In this document: positions 36,219 through 45,116 of the stretch, piece by piece
Position numbering within the stretch: position 1 is the stretch's first letter
Layout of the letters: the number at the start of each line of letters is the position of its first letter
Made by a program: the position numbers and the translations under genes
From: Actinomycetota bacterium
GTDB lineage: Bacteria; Actinomycetota; Thermoleophilia; Gaiellales; Gaiellaceae
DNA: 64,000 nt
Assembly (NCBI GenBank): GCA_046734415.1
Contig: JBKPRD010000059.1
Location: 3,595 to 67,594, forward strand
Direction of reading: 5' to 3'
Notes under the pieces: model-generated
Told to the model about the DNA's origin: nothing
The model's input: only the letters and a program-made list of their open reading frames with translations
Database searches by the model: none

Positions 36219-36243
36219 AGTCACTTCTATTGTAGAAGTAACT
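36219..36243. promoter_or_regulatory. Candidate HxlR operator: 11-bp inverted repeat AGTCACTTCTA-TTG-TAGAAGTAACT
   Basis: Read directly in the 78-nt divergent gap between the LLM gene and hxlR; 10 of 11 positions are complementary. A possible TTGTAG(-35)/TAGCAT(-10) pair overlaps it just upstream of the hxlR GTG. Confidence 0.35.
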
Positions 36244-36266
36244 CGGGAAGTGCTAGCATTATTCCC

Positions 36267-36626
36267 GTGGCCAAGACGACACCTCCGTCGCGGCTCGGCC
36301 GCGACGCATGCGCACGCAGGGACGCCTCGTTGGTGCGCGCCTTCGACCTGCTCGGCAGGCGTTGGACGGGCGTCGTCCTCGGCACGCTCAGCGACGGGCC
36401 CACGAGCTTTCGGCAGCTCGCGCGAGCGATCGAGGGAATCAGCGACTCGATGCTCGCGACCCGGCTCGGAGAGCTGACCGAGGTCGAGCTCGTCACGCGC
36501 AGCGTCGAGGAGGGTCCTCCGCTGGCCGTCGCCTACGAGCTCACCGACGGCGGCCGCGCGCTCCTGCCGGCCCTCGAGCAGATCAGCCGCTGGGCGGACG
36601 AGCACTTGCCGCCGGCGGCGAGCTGA
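36267..36626 (+). CDS. HxlR-family winged-helix transcriptional regulator
   Basis: GTG at 36267 inside track ORF 35199..36626 gives 119 aa: ..RAFDLLGRRWTGVVLGTLSDGPTSFRQLARAIEGISDSMLATRLGELTEVELV.., the typical HxlR core. Confidence 0.85.
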   Translation: MAKTTPPSRLGRDACARRDASLVRAFDLLGRRWTGVVLGTLSDGPTSFRQLARAIEGISDSMLATRLGELTEVELVTRSVEEGPPLAVAYELTDGGRALLPALEQISRWADEHLPPAAS

Positions 36627-36710
36627 GCCCGACGGGATCAGCCCGCCAGCGGCAGAAGACCCGCGCACTTGATGCACATGTCACGACCATTCCTCGGCGT
36701 CGGCCGCGAT

Positions 36711-36748
36711 CTGCAAGAGAAAGGGGGCGGGCCGAACGCCCGCCCCCC
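36711..36748 (-). terminator. Intrinsic terminator downstream of the MFS gene (possibly bidirectional)
   Basis: 10-bp all-G/C stem GGGGGCGGGC (36723-32), a 5-nt loop, then GCCCGCCCCC (36738-47). On the minus strand it is followed by TTTCTCTT. It lies 10 nt past the MFS stop, in the convergent gap with hxlR. Confidence 0.55.
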
Positions 36749-36756
36749 AAGTCGGC

Positions 36757-38178
36757 CTACGCGGCTTCGGCGAGCTCCCCGCGAACCGGAAGCTCCTCCA
36801 CCTTCGCGGCGACGCGGCGGACGGCGATCAGCTTCGCCGAGGCGACTGCGCCGATCGCGGCCATCACCGCACCCACGATCAAGGCGGTGTGAAGCCCGCT
36901 CACGAACGACTCTGCCGAGCCCTGCCCCAACGCCGCGGCGCCGGGGATCAGCGCACCGAAGAGCGCGACGCCGACGGCGATCCCGGCCTGGCGGAAGGTG
37001 TCGTTCACGCCGGCGGCGAGGCCGCTCTGCTCGGGCGGAGCGGACGCGAGCGCGACCGCCGCACCGGCCGGGTTGTAGAGGCCGGTTCCAAGCCCGCCGA
37101 CGAGCAGCGCCGGCAGGAGCATCGCCCACGACGAGGTTGCGGTCGCGAGCAGTCCGAGCGCCAGCCCGATCGCCACGAACGCAAGCCCGACAGCGATCAT
37201 CGCGCCCGGCGAGACCTTCTCGAGCAGGGACGCGCTCGCGCCGGAGACGAGGAAGATCAGCACCGTCGCCGGCAGGTAGACGAGTCCCGCCTGGATCGGC
37301 GAGAGGCCCAGGATCTGCTGGAGGTACAGCGTCGTGTACAGGAAGATCGCGAAGAACGACGCCGAGATCGAGAACACCGCGACCTGCGCGCCGGCAAACT
37401 CCTTGTTGCGGAAGAGGTCGAGCGGGAGCATCGGCTCCTTGACTCGCGCCTCGATCGCCAGGAACGCCGCGAGCAGGAGCCCTGCGCCCGCGAACTCGGC
37501 GACGACCGCCGTGCTGCCCCAGCCCTGTTCGTTCCCGCGCAGCAGCGCGAGCACGAGCAGGAACAGGCCGCCGACGAGCGCGGTCTGGCCCGGCCAATCG
37601 ACGCGGCGGGCATTCGGGTCGCGCGACTCGCGCACCCAGCGGTACGTGGCGACGATAGTGGCGATCCCGACCGGCACGTTCACGTAGAAGATCCAGCGCC
37701 ACCCGAGGTAGGACGTCATCGCACCGCCGACGGCCGGGCCGACGGCGAACGACGCGCCGATGGTCGCGCCATACACGGCGAGCGCCTTCGACCGCTCCTT
37801 CCACTCCGGGAAGGCGTCCGCGAGGAGCGCCAGCGACGTGGCGAAGAGGATCGCCGCACCGACACCCTGCACGGCGCGGGCGCTGTCGAGCAGCTCGATC
37901 GAGCCGGCGGTGGCGCACCAAAGCGATGCGCCGGTGAAGACGACCAGCCCCAGCACGAAGAGCCGGCGCCGCCCGAAGCGGTCGGCGATCGAGCCGGAGG
38001 TGAGCACGACAGCGGCAAGCGCGACCGTGTACGCGTCCACGACCCACTGCAGGCCGGAGATGCCGGCGTCGAGGCTGGACGCGATCTTCGGCAGCGCCGT
38101 GTTGACCACGGCGACGTCGAGCATGAGCATGGCCGTCGCGAGACACACGACGGCGAGAGTTCCGCGACGGCTGAACAT
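36757..38178 (-). CDS. MFS transporter, 14-TM DHA2 (EmrB/QacA) drug:H+ antiporter type
   Basis: ATG at 38178 (AAGGGG SD upstream; residue 36 of track ORF 36757..38283) gives 473 aa: ..LDVAVVNTALPKIA.., ..SGSIADRFGRRRLF... Confidence 0.85.
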   Translation of the reverse strand: MFSRRGTLAVVCLATAMLMLDVAVVNTALPKIASSLDAGISGLQWVVDAYTVALAAVVLTSGSIADRFGRRRLFVLGLVVFTGASLWCATAGSIELLDSARAVQGVGAAILFATSLALLADAFPEWKERSKALAVYGATIGASFAVGPAVGGAMTSYLGWRWIFYVNVPVGIATIVATYRWVRESRDPNARRVDWPGQTALVGGLFLLVLALLRGNEQGWGSTAVVAEFAGAGLLLAAFLAIEARVKEPMLPLDLFRNKEFAGAQVAVFSISASFFAIFLYTTLYLQQILGLSPIQAGLVYLPATVLIFLVSGASASLLEKVSPGAMIAVGLAFVAIGLALGLLATATSSWAMLLPALLVGGLGTGLYNPAGAAVALASAPPEQSGLAAGVNDTFRQAGIAVGVALFGALIPGAAALGQGSAESFVSGLHTALIVGAVMAAIGAVASAKLIAVRRVAAKVEELPVRGELAEAA

Positions 38179-38300
38179 GTCAACCCCTTTCGGTGTCGAG
38201 ATCGAAGACATCGGAGTCAGTCTCGATGCGCGGCCGTCGCGGCACAGTCGTGGCACCTTGCGTCTGGAGGTGCGGCTGCCCACACCTCGGCGTTTTCGCT

Positions 38301-38567
38301 CTACCCGAGCCGGTCAGGCAGCCGGGCCGCCCACCAGTCCTCCCACCGCTCGTCCGGGACCGCCGCGGTGTAGTCGCGGTCGAGCTGGACGAGCGCGTGG
38401 ACGAGGTGGCTGCGCACCGGCTTCGAGCCGAGCAGCTCGGAAAGCTCGGAGAGGTTCAACAGCCAGTCGGCGTACCACGAGGCCCAGTCCGGATCCTCGC
38501 CGTCGGTGATGCGGTAGACGACGTGGTGGGTCTCGGCGGCCTCGTGCAGGACCTCGGCGAGCGTCAC
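38301..38567 (-). CDS. Hypothetical small acidic/Trp-rich protein (88 aa)
   Basis: Track ORF, GTG start, coding-like codon bias. No recognised motif (..DPDWASWYADWLL..). Confidence 0.45.
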   Translation of the reverse strand: MTLAEVLHEAAETHHVVYRITDGEDPDWASWYADWLLNLSELSELLGSKPVRSHLVHALVQLDRDYTAAVPDERWEDWWAARLPDRLG

Positions 38568-38634
38568 GAGACCGACTATAGGCCGAAGGGCCAGACTCCA
38601 GCCTGACCCTTCGAACCTGCCTTCCTTCTGCGAG

Positions 38635-39252
38635 CTACGCGGTGCGGGCGACCAGGCCGCCGGCCGGCTTCGGCCACTCGGGCCGGTAGGTCGGGCCGTA
38701 GCCCATCGCCTTCCCGAGCGGAGCGCCCATCGCGAGCGCCGTCTTCTGCACCCACGCGGGGATCTTCGGCAGCTGCACCGTGTCGAAGTGCGCGTTCGCG
38801 ATCACGGCGAGCCGGAACGGGTTCGGCATGCCTTTCCTGTTCGTCTTGCCGTCGGCCGCCAGCGAGAACATCGTCTCGATCAGCGACTCGAATCGGAGCG
38901 CCGGGCGAACCTCGCACCGGAAGACGAGCTCGTCGTCGCCCGCGTTCCACCACGTGTGCGGCGTGCCGGGCGCGACGCCGAGCACCTCGCCCGGACCGGC
39001 CTCGACCTCGCGGCCGCCGACCTTGGCGCCGAGCCGGCCGGAGACGACCTCGAACCGCTCCCACTGGCTCGGGTGGACGTGCGCGGCGGCGACCGAGCCC
39101 CCGGGGTCGCAGCGAAGCTCGAGCAGCACGTACTCGCCGCCGGTCGACTCCGCTGTCTCGATGAAGGTCATCCGCTCCCCGGTGACCGGGTTCTCGAGTG
39201 TCTGTCCCTGCTGGATCACCTCAACCTCCTGCGTCGTTGACGCGCTCACCAT
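38635..39252 (-). CDS. Cupin-domain protein with a C-terminal helical extension
   Basis: ATG at 39252 inside track ORF 38635..39714 gives 205 aa. Cupin motifs GGSVAAAHVHPSQWERFEV and GTPHTWWN. Confidence 0.7.
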   Translation of the reverse strand: MVSASTTQEVEVIQQGQTLENPVTGERMTFIETAESTGGEYVLLELRCDPGGSVAAAHVHPSQWERFEVVSGRLGAKVGGREVEAGPGEVLGVAPGTPHTWWNAGDDELVFRCEVRPALRFESLIETMFSLAADGKTNRKGMPNPFRLAVIANAHFDTVQLPKIPAWVQKTALAMGAPLGKAMGYGPTYRPEWPKPAGGLVARTA

Positions 39253-39330
39253 CGCGCGTTGGGGAGGCCGCGGGAATCGCGCTACCGCGAGAACGAGGGT
39301 GCGGTTGCCCACACCCTTTACCCTGTCGCC

Positions 39331-39711
39331 GTGAGCGAGCTGCGCGTGATCCGGCCGGATTCCGCGACCACGGGACGCCAGCAGCTGGAGTACTTCCTCG
39401 GCGTCTCCGGAGAGACGTGCGGCTCGACAGGGCTGGCGATGCACCTCGTCGTCGTCCCTCCCGGCGCGGCGGCCGAGCCCCACTTCCACGACGGCTACGA
39501 GACGGCGATCTACCAGCTCGAGGGCCGCGTCGAGACGCACTACGGCCCCGGACTCGAGCAGTCCGTGGTGACGCAGGCGGGCGACTTCCTCTTCGTCCCG
39601 CCGGGTGTGCCGCACCGGGCCGTGAACCTGAGCGAGACCGAGCCCGCGGTCGCGATCATCGCCCGGAACGACGCGAACGAGCAGGAGCGCGTCGTCCCGT
39701 ACTCGCCCTAG
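39331..39711 (+). CDS. Cupin-domain protein (monocupin)
   Basis: GTG at 39331 within track ORF 39259..39711 gives 126 aa: PGAAAEPHFHDGYETAIYQLEG ... VPPGVPHRAVN. Confidence 0.7.
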   Translation: MSELRVIRPDSATTGRQQLEYFLGVSGETCGSTGLAMHLVVVPPGAAAEPHFHDGYETAIYQLEGRVETHYGPGLEQSVVTQAGDFLFVPPGVPHRAVNLSETEPAVAIIARNDANEQERVVPYSP

Positions 39712-39777
39712 CATCCGGTCGCCAGGAGGACGACGGCGAATGCGCCCGTCCAGACCGTCCGATGCACGGTTGTCGCG

Positions 39778-40716
39778 CTATCGGAGCAGGAAGCCCTCGC
39801 CGAGCTCGTCGTCCGGCTCGAGCACGAACTCGTGGCGCCCGGTCAGGTGCGCGCTCCCCTCCACCTCGGTGATCACGCCGCCGTCGGTCTCCTCGACGAC
39901 GCGGCCGACGAACTCGCTGCCGACGATGCTCCGGTGGCGGAGCGGCTCGCCCGTCGCGAGGCGGCCCTCGCCGTGGAGCAGCGCCAGCCGCGCGGACGTG
40001 CCGCTGCCGCAGGGCGAGCGGTCGACCTCGCCGTCGGCGAAGACGGTGACGTTGCGTTGGGCGAGCGGCTCATCGCCCTCCTCCTGCCAGAAGACCACGC
40101 CGTACACGTCGCGGAGCTCCGGCTCGTCCGGGTGGACGATCTCGTGCGCCGCCTCGAGATCCGCCTTGATCGTGCGGCCGAGCTCGATCAGCCGCGGCAG
40201 CTCGCCCGGCTCGACCCGTTCGGGGCACGACGCGTAGAAGGCGCCGCCGAAGGCGACGTCGACACGGCGGTCGGCCGCCTCGAGGTCACGCCCCCACACG
40301 AACGACGGCACATTGCGGAAGCGCACGGAGAGGACGCGGCCGTTCTCGAGCCGTGCGACCGTCGGCAGCCTCCCGGAGGGGACGTCGACGGCGACCTCCG
40401 GCCCTTCGACCCGGCCGCTCTCGATCGCCCAGGTGACGAGCGCGATCGTGCCGTGGCCGCACGCGGTCGAGTAGCCGGCGTTGTGGAAGAAGACGACCCC
40501 GAGGTCGGCGCCCTCGTCCTCCGGCTCGGTGACGAAGCAGCCGTACATGTCGGCGTGGCCGCGCGGCTCGTAGACGAGCAACCGGCGGACGTGGTCGAGG
40601 TGCTCCGCCGCGTAGCGGCGCTTGTCGAGGATGCGCCGCCCGGGCAGCGGGCCGACGCCGCCGGTGACGATGCGGAACGGCTCGCCGGCGGTGTGGTAGT
40701 CGACCGCCTTGATCAA
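39778..40716 (-). CDS. Proline racemase-family enzyme, Cys/Cys type (proline racemase or 4-hydroxyproline 2-epimerase)
   Basis: TTG at 40716 (TTGA overlap with the upstream crotonase stop) gives 312 aa: AVDYHTAGEPFRIV, first catalytic Cys in STACGHGT, second in DRSPCGSGTSA. Confidence 0.85.
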   Translation of the reverse strand: MIKAVDYHTAGEPFRIVTGGVGPLPGRRILDKRRYAAEHLDHVRRLLVYEPRGHADMYGCFVTEPEDEGADLGVVFFHNAGYSTACGHGTIALVTWAIESGRVEGPEVAVDVPSGRLPTVARLENGRVLSVRFRNVPSFVWGRDLEAADRRVDVAFGGAFYASCPERVEPGELPRLIELGRTIKADLEAAHEIVHPDEPELRDVYGVVFWQEEGDEPLAQRNVTVFADGEVDRSPCGSGTSARLALLHGEGRLATGEPLRHRSIVGSEFVGRVVEETDGGVITEVEGSAHLTGRHEFVLEPDDELGEGFLLR

Positions 40717-41483
40717 CGCCCGGTGAAGCGGGGCGGGCGCTTCTCGAGGAAGGCGCCGACGCCCTCCCGGAAGTCCTCCGTCTTCGTCGCGGCGCTCTGG
40801 AGCTGGGCCTCGAGCGCCAGCTGCTCGTCGAGGCTCGAGCGTGCAGCGCGGTCGAAGAGCCGCTTCGTCATCCCGATCGCCGCGGTCGGGCCCTCTGCAC
40901 AAGTCGCCGCCAGCTCGGCCGCCCGCGCGGGCAGCGCGTCCGCCTCGACGACCTCGTCGACGAGGCCCCAGGCGTGGGCTTCCGCGGCGGTCAACCTGCG
41001 GTTCGACGTCATCCACGCGAACGCCCGGGACGGCCCGAGCACGCGCGCGAGGAAGTACGTCCCGCCCGAGTCCGGAACGAGTCCGATGCCGATGAAGCCC
41101 GGGACGAACATCGCGGTGTCGGCGGCGATGCGGATGTCGCACACGCAGGCGAGCGAGAGGCCCGCGCCGGCCGCCGCCCCGTTGACTGCGGCGATCACGG
41201 GCTTCTCGAGCGCACGGATCGCCCGCACGTTCGGGTGGTAGCTCGCCTCCAGATGCCCCGCGATGTCGCGGTCGACCGACTCGAACTCCTTCATGTCCTG
41301 GCCCGCACAGAACCCCTTTCCGGCGCCCGTGACGACGACCGCACGGACGTCCGCGGCCCTGGCCTCGTCGAGCGCCGCGCGCAGGGCCGCGTGCATCGAG
41401 GTCGTCAACGCGTTGTAGGCCTCGGGCCGGTTGAGCGTGATCGTCAGGACGCCGCCGTCTCGGCTGGTCTCGACCTCGGCCAC
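40713..41483 (-). CDS. Enoyl-CoA hydratase/isomerase (crotonase; PaaG-like)
   Basis: Track ORF of 256 aa: LNRPEAYNAL, VVVTGAGKGFCAGQD, AAVNGAAAGAGLSLA, FLEKRPPRF. Confidence 0.85.
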   Translation of the reverse strand: MAEVETSRDGGVLTITLNRPEAYNALTTSMHAALRAALDEARAADVRAVVVTGAGKGFCAGQDMKEFESVDRDIAGHLEASYHPNVRAIRALEKPVIAAVNGAAAGAGLSLACVCDIRIAADTAMFVPGFIGIGLVPDSGGTYFLARVLGPSRAFAWMTSNRRLTAAEAHAWGLVDEVVEADALPARAAELAATCAEGPTAAIGMTKRLFDRAARSSLDEQLALEAQLQSAATKTEDFREGVGAFLEKRPPRFTGR

Positions 41484-41520
41484 GGGGCGCAGCCTATCGC
41501 CCGGCTGGTACTACTGGAAC

Positions 41521-42516
41521 ATGGGAGCGTTGAGGCTGATTTCCGAGGGCAGTTCACGCGACAGCGGGCTTCGCCCGGTGTCGCGGGAAGAGGACGAGAC
41601 GCCGCTCGACGCGTACTCGCGCGTCGTCACGGAAGTCGCCCGGAAGCTCTCGCCGTCGGTCGCGAACCTGCGGGTCCGGCGCGGACGCCGGGAGGGCGGC
41701 GGGAGCGGCGTCGTGATCACGCCTGACGGCTTCGTCCTCACCTCCGCGCACGTCGTCGAGGGCGCCGGTCGCGGCATCGCCTCGTTCGTCGACGGGCGCG
41801 AGCTGTCGGTCGAGGTGGTCGGATCCGACCCGCTCTCCGACCTCGCCGTCCTCCGCACGGAGGCCGACGGCCTCACCGCGGCGGAGCTCGGCGACGCGGA
41901 GAGCCTGCAGGTCGGCCAGCTCGTCGTCGCGATCGGCAACCCGAACGGCTTCGCGGGCTCCGTGACCGCCGGCGTCGTGTCGGCGCTCGGCCGCTCGCTG
42001 CCGACGCGATCCGGTTCGGCAACCCGGATCGTCGACAACGTCATCCAGACCGATGCCGCGCTCAACCCCGGCAACTCGGGCGGCGCGCTCGCGGACGGCG
42101 CCGGCCGCGTCGTCGGAATCAACACGGCGGTCGCCGGCGTGGGCCTCGGCCTCGCCGTCCCGATCAACGAGACGACCCGGCGCATCGTCGGCGCGCTGAT
42201 GGTCGAGGGCCGCTTCCGCCGTGCGTACATCGGCATCGCGAGCGGCGCCCGTCCGCTGCCGCCGCGACTGGCCGCCGCACTCGGCCGGAAGAGCGGGATC
42301 GAGGTCGTCGAGGTCGTGGACGGGAGCCCCGCCGACCACGCCGGCCTGCAGGCGGAGGACCTGATCGTCGAGCTCGACGGGCAGCCGGTCGAGGACATGA
42401 ACGACCTGCAGCGCCTGATGGCCGGCGAGCTGATCGGGCGGCGGGTACCCGCGCGGGTGCTGCGGCACGGCCGCCGGCTCGAGCTCCAGCTCGTGCCGGA
42501 GGAGCTGACGGACTAG
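41521..42516 (+). CDS. HtrA/DegP-family trypsin-like serine protease with one PDZ domain
   Basis: ATG at 41521 (residue 31 of track ORF 41431..42516) gives 331 aa. Triad context TSAHVV, DLAVLR, GNSGGAL. C-terminal PDZ (..IEVVEVVDGSPADHAGLQAEDLIVELDGQPV..). Confidence 0.85.
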   Translation: MGALRLISEGSSRDSGLRPVSREEDETPLDAYSRVVTEVARKLSPSVANLRVRRGRREGGGSGVVITPDGFVLTSAHVVEGAGRGIASFVDGRELSVEVVGSDPLSDLAVLRTEADGLTAAELGDAESLQVGQLVVAIGNPNGFAGSVTAGVVSALGRSLPTRSGSATRIVDNVIQTDAALNPGNSGGALADGAGRVVGINTAVAGVGLGLAVPINETTRRIVGALMVEGRFRRAYIGIASGARPLPPRLAAALGRKSGIEVVEVVDGSPADHAGLQAEDLIVELDGQPVEDMNDLQRLMAGELIGRRVPARVLRHGRRLELQLVPEELTD

Positions 42517-42806
42517 CGGCGTCGCACGAGCAGGAGCGCGAGGACGACGAGCGCCGCGATTCGGACGGGATCGACGGCCGGCCGCCACGAGACCTGGCCG
42601 TTCTTGATCACGTAGACACCGGCCGGGCGGCCGCCGAGGCCGAAGCCGCCACCGCCGTTGCCCTCGTTGTCGCCGCCGCCGCCGCCCCCGCCGCCGACCT
42701 TGGCGACCGGGATCACGACCGCGCCCTCGTGCTCGATCGGGTCGCCGAAGACGCGGCTGACCGAGACGGCGTCGCGCACACCGTGCAGAAGCTCCTCGGG
42801 GTTCAT
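42513..42806 (-). CDS. GerW/YtfJ-like (spore-protein family) small protein with a Gly-run and a C-terminal TM anchor
   Basis: ATG at 42806 (GGAGGAG SD; ATGA overlap with the upstream crotonase stop) gives 97 aa: ..VSRVFGDPIEHEGAVVIPVAKVGGGGGGGGDNEGNGGGGFGLGGRPAGVYVIKNG.., matching the YtfJ/GerW pattern as I recall it. Confidence 0.65.
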   Translation of the reverse strand: MNPEELLHGVRDAVSVSRVFGDPIEHEGAVVIPVAKVGGGGGGGGDNEGNGGGGFGLGGRPAGVYVIKNGQVSWRPAVDPVRIAALVVLALLLVRRR

Positions 42807-43633
42807 TGCTCCTCCTTCCGTCGATCCAGGAAGCCTTGCACGCCCGCGGCCGCGTCGGCGGTCAGCATCGACAGCGCGAGCCAGTCGTGAGCGTGGCGGA
42901 TCGTCCCGTGCCAGGCGGCGTCGCGCCAGAAGTCGAGCTGGGTCTTCGCGTAGCGCGTCATCGTCGGCAGCCGGTCGGCGAGCTTGGTCACGAGCTCGTC
43001 GACGGTGGCATCGAGCTCCGCGGCCGGGACGACACGGTTGACGAGCCCCCACTCCGCCGCCTTCACCGCGGGGATCTCCTCGCCGAGCATGACGATCTCC
43101 CGGGCCCGCCGGTCGCCGACGAGGAGCGGCAGCCACTGCGTAGCGCCGGCGGCCGGCACCGATCCGTGCTGGAGGCCGACGTGACGGATGAACGCGTCGT
43201 CGACCATCACCGCGAGGTCGCACGCCATCTGCAGCTCGTTCCCGCCACCGACGCAGATCCCGTTGATCCGCGCGAGTGTCGGCTTGCCGACGTGCCGCAG
43301 CGCGCTCACGCCCGCCTCCATCGCCCCGAACCACTTCCAGTACTCGCGCTCGTTGCCGAGGTACCCCTCCTCCGCCCAGGTGCGAAGGTCGGCGCCGACG
43401 CAGAAGGCCCGGCCCGCTCCCGTGAGCACGACCACTCGTACCTCGTCGTCCCACGACGCGTCCTCGCATGCTCGCGCAAGCTCGCGCAGCATCCGGAAGT
43501 CGAACGCGTTCAGGACCTCCGGGCGGTCGAGGGTGATCGTCGCTCGTGGCGGCGCCTTGTCGTAGAGGATCGCGTCGAAGCGGAGCTCGTCCGGCGGGTA
43601 TGGAGCCGGGCGCTGCGGCTCGGGCACGCCCAC
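42803..43633 (-). CDS. Crotonase-superfamily protein (MenB/BadI-like branch by eye)
   Basis: Track ORF of 276 aa: LDRPEVLNAF, VVVLTGAGRAFCVGADL, INGICVGGGNELQMACDL, GFLDRRKEEQ. Confidence 0.8.
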   Translation of the reverse strand: MGVPEPQRPAPYPPDELRFDAILYDKAPPRATITLDRPEVLNAFDFRMLRELARACEDASWDDEVRVVVLTGAGRAFCVGADLRTWAEEGYLGNEREYWKWFGAMEAGVSALRHVGKPTLARINGICVGGGNELQMACDLAVMVDDAFIRHVGLQHGSVPAAGATQWLPLLVGDRRAREIVMLGEEIPAVKAAEWGLVNRVVPAAELDATVDELVTKLADRLPTMTRYAKTQLDFWRDAAWHGTIRHAHDWLALSMLTADAAAGVQGFLDRRKEEQ

Positions 43634-43707
43634 CCCCTTTCGCGTCGGGAACCGTTGGAGCGTAATCGCTTAGGGTGCTCCAGCGGCGGGCTTACGAAGG
43701 AGGGCCG

Positions 43708-44331
43708 ATGGGCCTGATGAGCAGGTTCCGCGCGCTGACCTACGACCGGTCGATGACACGGATGGAGAAGGCAGGCTTCCGCGAGTTGCGCGAGCGCGCA
43801 ATCGCGCATGCGACGGGGGACGTGCTCGAGATCGGCGGCGGGACGGGGAGCAACCTGCCGTACTACGGGCCGAACGTGACGTCGCTGACGATCACCGAGC
43901 CCGAGCCGCCGATGCTGAAGCGCCTGGAGAAGAAGGTCCGCGAGCAGAGCATTCCGGCGAGGGTGCTCCGCGCGCCCGCCGAGGACCTCCCGTTCGCAGA
44001 CGGGGCTTTCGACACCGTCGTCTCGACGCTCGTGCTCTGCGGCGTCGACGACCAGCCACGGGCGCTCCGGGAGATCCGCCGAGTGCTCCGTCCGGGCGGC
44101 CGCCTCGTCTTCATCGAGCACGTGCGGTCGGACGACGCAAGGCTCGCGAAGACGCAGGACCGGATGAACGGCCTCAACCGGTTCCTTGCCGGCTGCGAGT
44201 GCAACCGCGCGACGCTGGACACGATCCGGAGGGAAGGGTTCGAGGTCGACAGTCTCGAGCAGACGACACTGAACAAGGTGCCGAAGTTCGTCAGCCCGGC
44301 GATCGTCGGAACGGCCGCTGCCGTCTCGTAG
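43708..44331 (+). CDS. Class I SAM-dependent methyltransferase
   Basis: ATG at 43708 (GAAGGAGGG SD) within track ORF 43675..44331 gives 207 aa. Motif I VLEIGGGTGSN, plus ..LREIRRVLRPGGRLVFIEH... Confidence 0.8.
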   Translation: MGLMSRFRALTYDRSMTRMEKAGFRELRERAIAHATGDVLEIGGGTGSNLPYYGPNVTSLTITEPEPPMLKRLEKKVREQSIPARVLRAPAEDLPFADGAFDTVVSTLVLCGVDDQPRALREIRRVLRPGGRLVFIEHVRSDDARLAKTQDRMNGLNRFLAGCECNRATLDTIRREGFEVDSLEQTTLNKVPKFVSPAIVGTAAAVS

Positions 44332-44619
44332 TCATTCGAGGTCGGCGACCTCGGCGAAGTGCACGGTGAACGGGATGCCCATCTCGGCGGCGTCCTTCGC
44401 TGCGGCACCGAACTGGGGTGAGCCGATCTGCTCGTCGAACGAGTCCATGTCGGGGAACTCGAACTCGGCGTAGTAGCGGTAGCGAGGCTCGCCCACGGCC
44501 GCCCCGAACACCTTGCCGTGGCGGAAGGTCGCCGGGATGGGGCGCACGGTCTCCTCGATGTGGCGCTGGTAGCGCTCCGGGTCGACATCTCCCTCGTAGA
44601 GGACGAACGCGCGGATCAT
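44332..44619 (-). CDS. EthD-family (dimeric alpha/beta barrel) protein
   Basis: ATG at 44619 (AAGGAG SD) inside track ORF 44332..44826 gives 95 aa: MIRAFVLYEGDVDPERYQRHIEE...YYAEFEFPDMDSFDEQIGSPQFGAAAKD. Confidence 0.7.
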   Translation of the reverse strand: MIRAFVLYEGDVDPERYQRHIEETVRPIPATFRHGKVFGAAVGEPRYRYYAEFEFPDMDSFDEQIGSPQFGAAAKDAAEMGIPFTVHFAEVADLE

Positions 44620-44666
44620 GGCGGCTCCTTGGCTCGGGAACGGCGAGAGCCTAATAGGGTTGGCCG

Positions 44667-45116
44667 GTGTCCGGCGGCACTGCACTCGCGGTCGTGATGT
44701 CCGTGTCGGCGGGGTTCGCGGGGTCGGTGCAGGCCGCCGTCCTCGGCCGGCTCGGCGACCGGGTCGGGACGGTCGAGGCCGTCGGATTCTCGACGCTGGT
44801 CGCCGGAGCGACCGGGATCCTCGCACTGCTCGTCGCCCGTCGCAGCCTGCGCGGCGTCGAGCACTCGCTGCACCAGCCGCTGTGGATGTGGCTCGGCGGG
44901 ATCCTCAGCGCGTTCATCGTCCTGTCGATCACCTTCGCCGCGCCGAAGATCGGCGTCGCGGCGGCGATCGGCCTCGTCATCACCGGCAACCTCGTCGTCG
45001 CCGCCGCGATCGACCGGTTCGGCTGGTTCGGGGTGACTCCGATCGCGCTCGAGTGGACGCGGGTAGTCGGGATCCTGCTGCTCGCGGGCGGCGCGGCGCT
45101 CGTGCTCAGGCGCTAG
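44667..45116 (+). CDS. DMT-superfamily small membrane transporter (YdcZ/DUF606-like, 5 TM)
   Basis: Track ORF of 149 aa, GTG start. Hydrophobic throughout: ..GGILSAFIVLSITFAAPKIGVAAAIGLVITGNLVVAAAIDRFGWFG... Confidence 0.7.
   Translation: MSGGTALAVVMSVSAGFAGSVQAAVLGRLGDRVGTVEAVGFSTLVAGATGILALLVARRSLRGVEHSLHQPLWMWLGGILSAFIVLSITFAAPKIGVAAAIGLVITGNLVVAAAIDRFGWFGVTPIALEWTRVVGILLLAGGAALVLRR

Noticed and set aside
42640-42720. GGC/GCC-rich simple repeat
   Set aside because: It is the coding sequence of the poly-Gly run in the GerW/YtfJ-like protein. It is not a CRISPR array, a VNTR locus or a regulatory repeat.
42803-43633. Calling this crotonase MenB (naphthoate synthase)
   Set aside because: The window carries the futalosine pathway (mqnA, mqnE/C-type), which does not use MenB. 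The resemblance is only at crotonase-superfamily level, so I kept the generic call.
44332-44826. Full 164-aa version of the EthD ORF
   Set aside because: The first 69 residues are Arg/Pro-rich low complexity. An internal ATG at 44619 has an AAGGAG Shine-Dalgarno and yields the normal ~95-aa EthD length.
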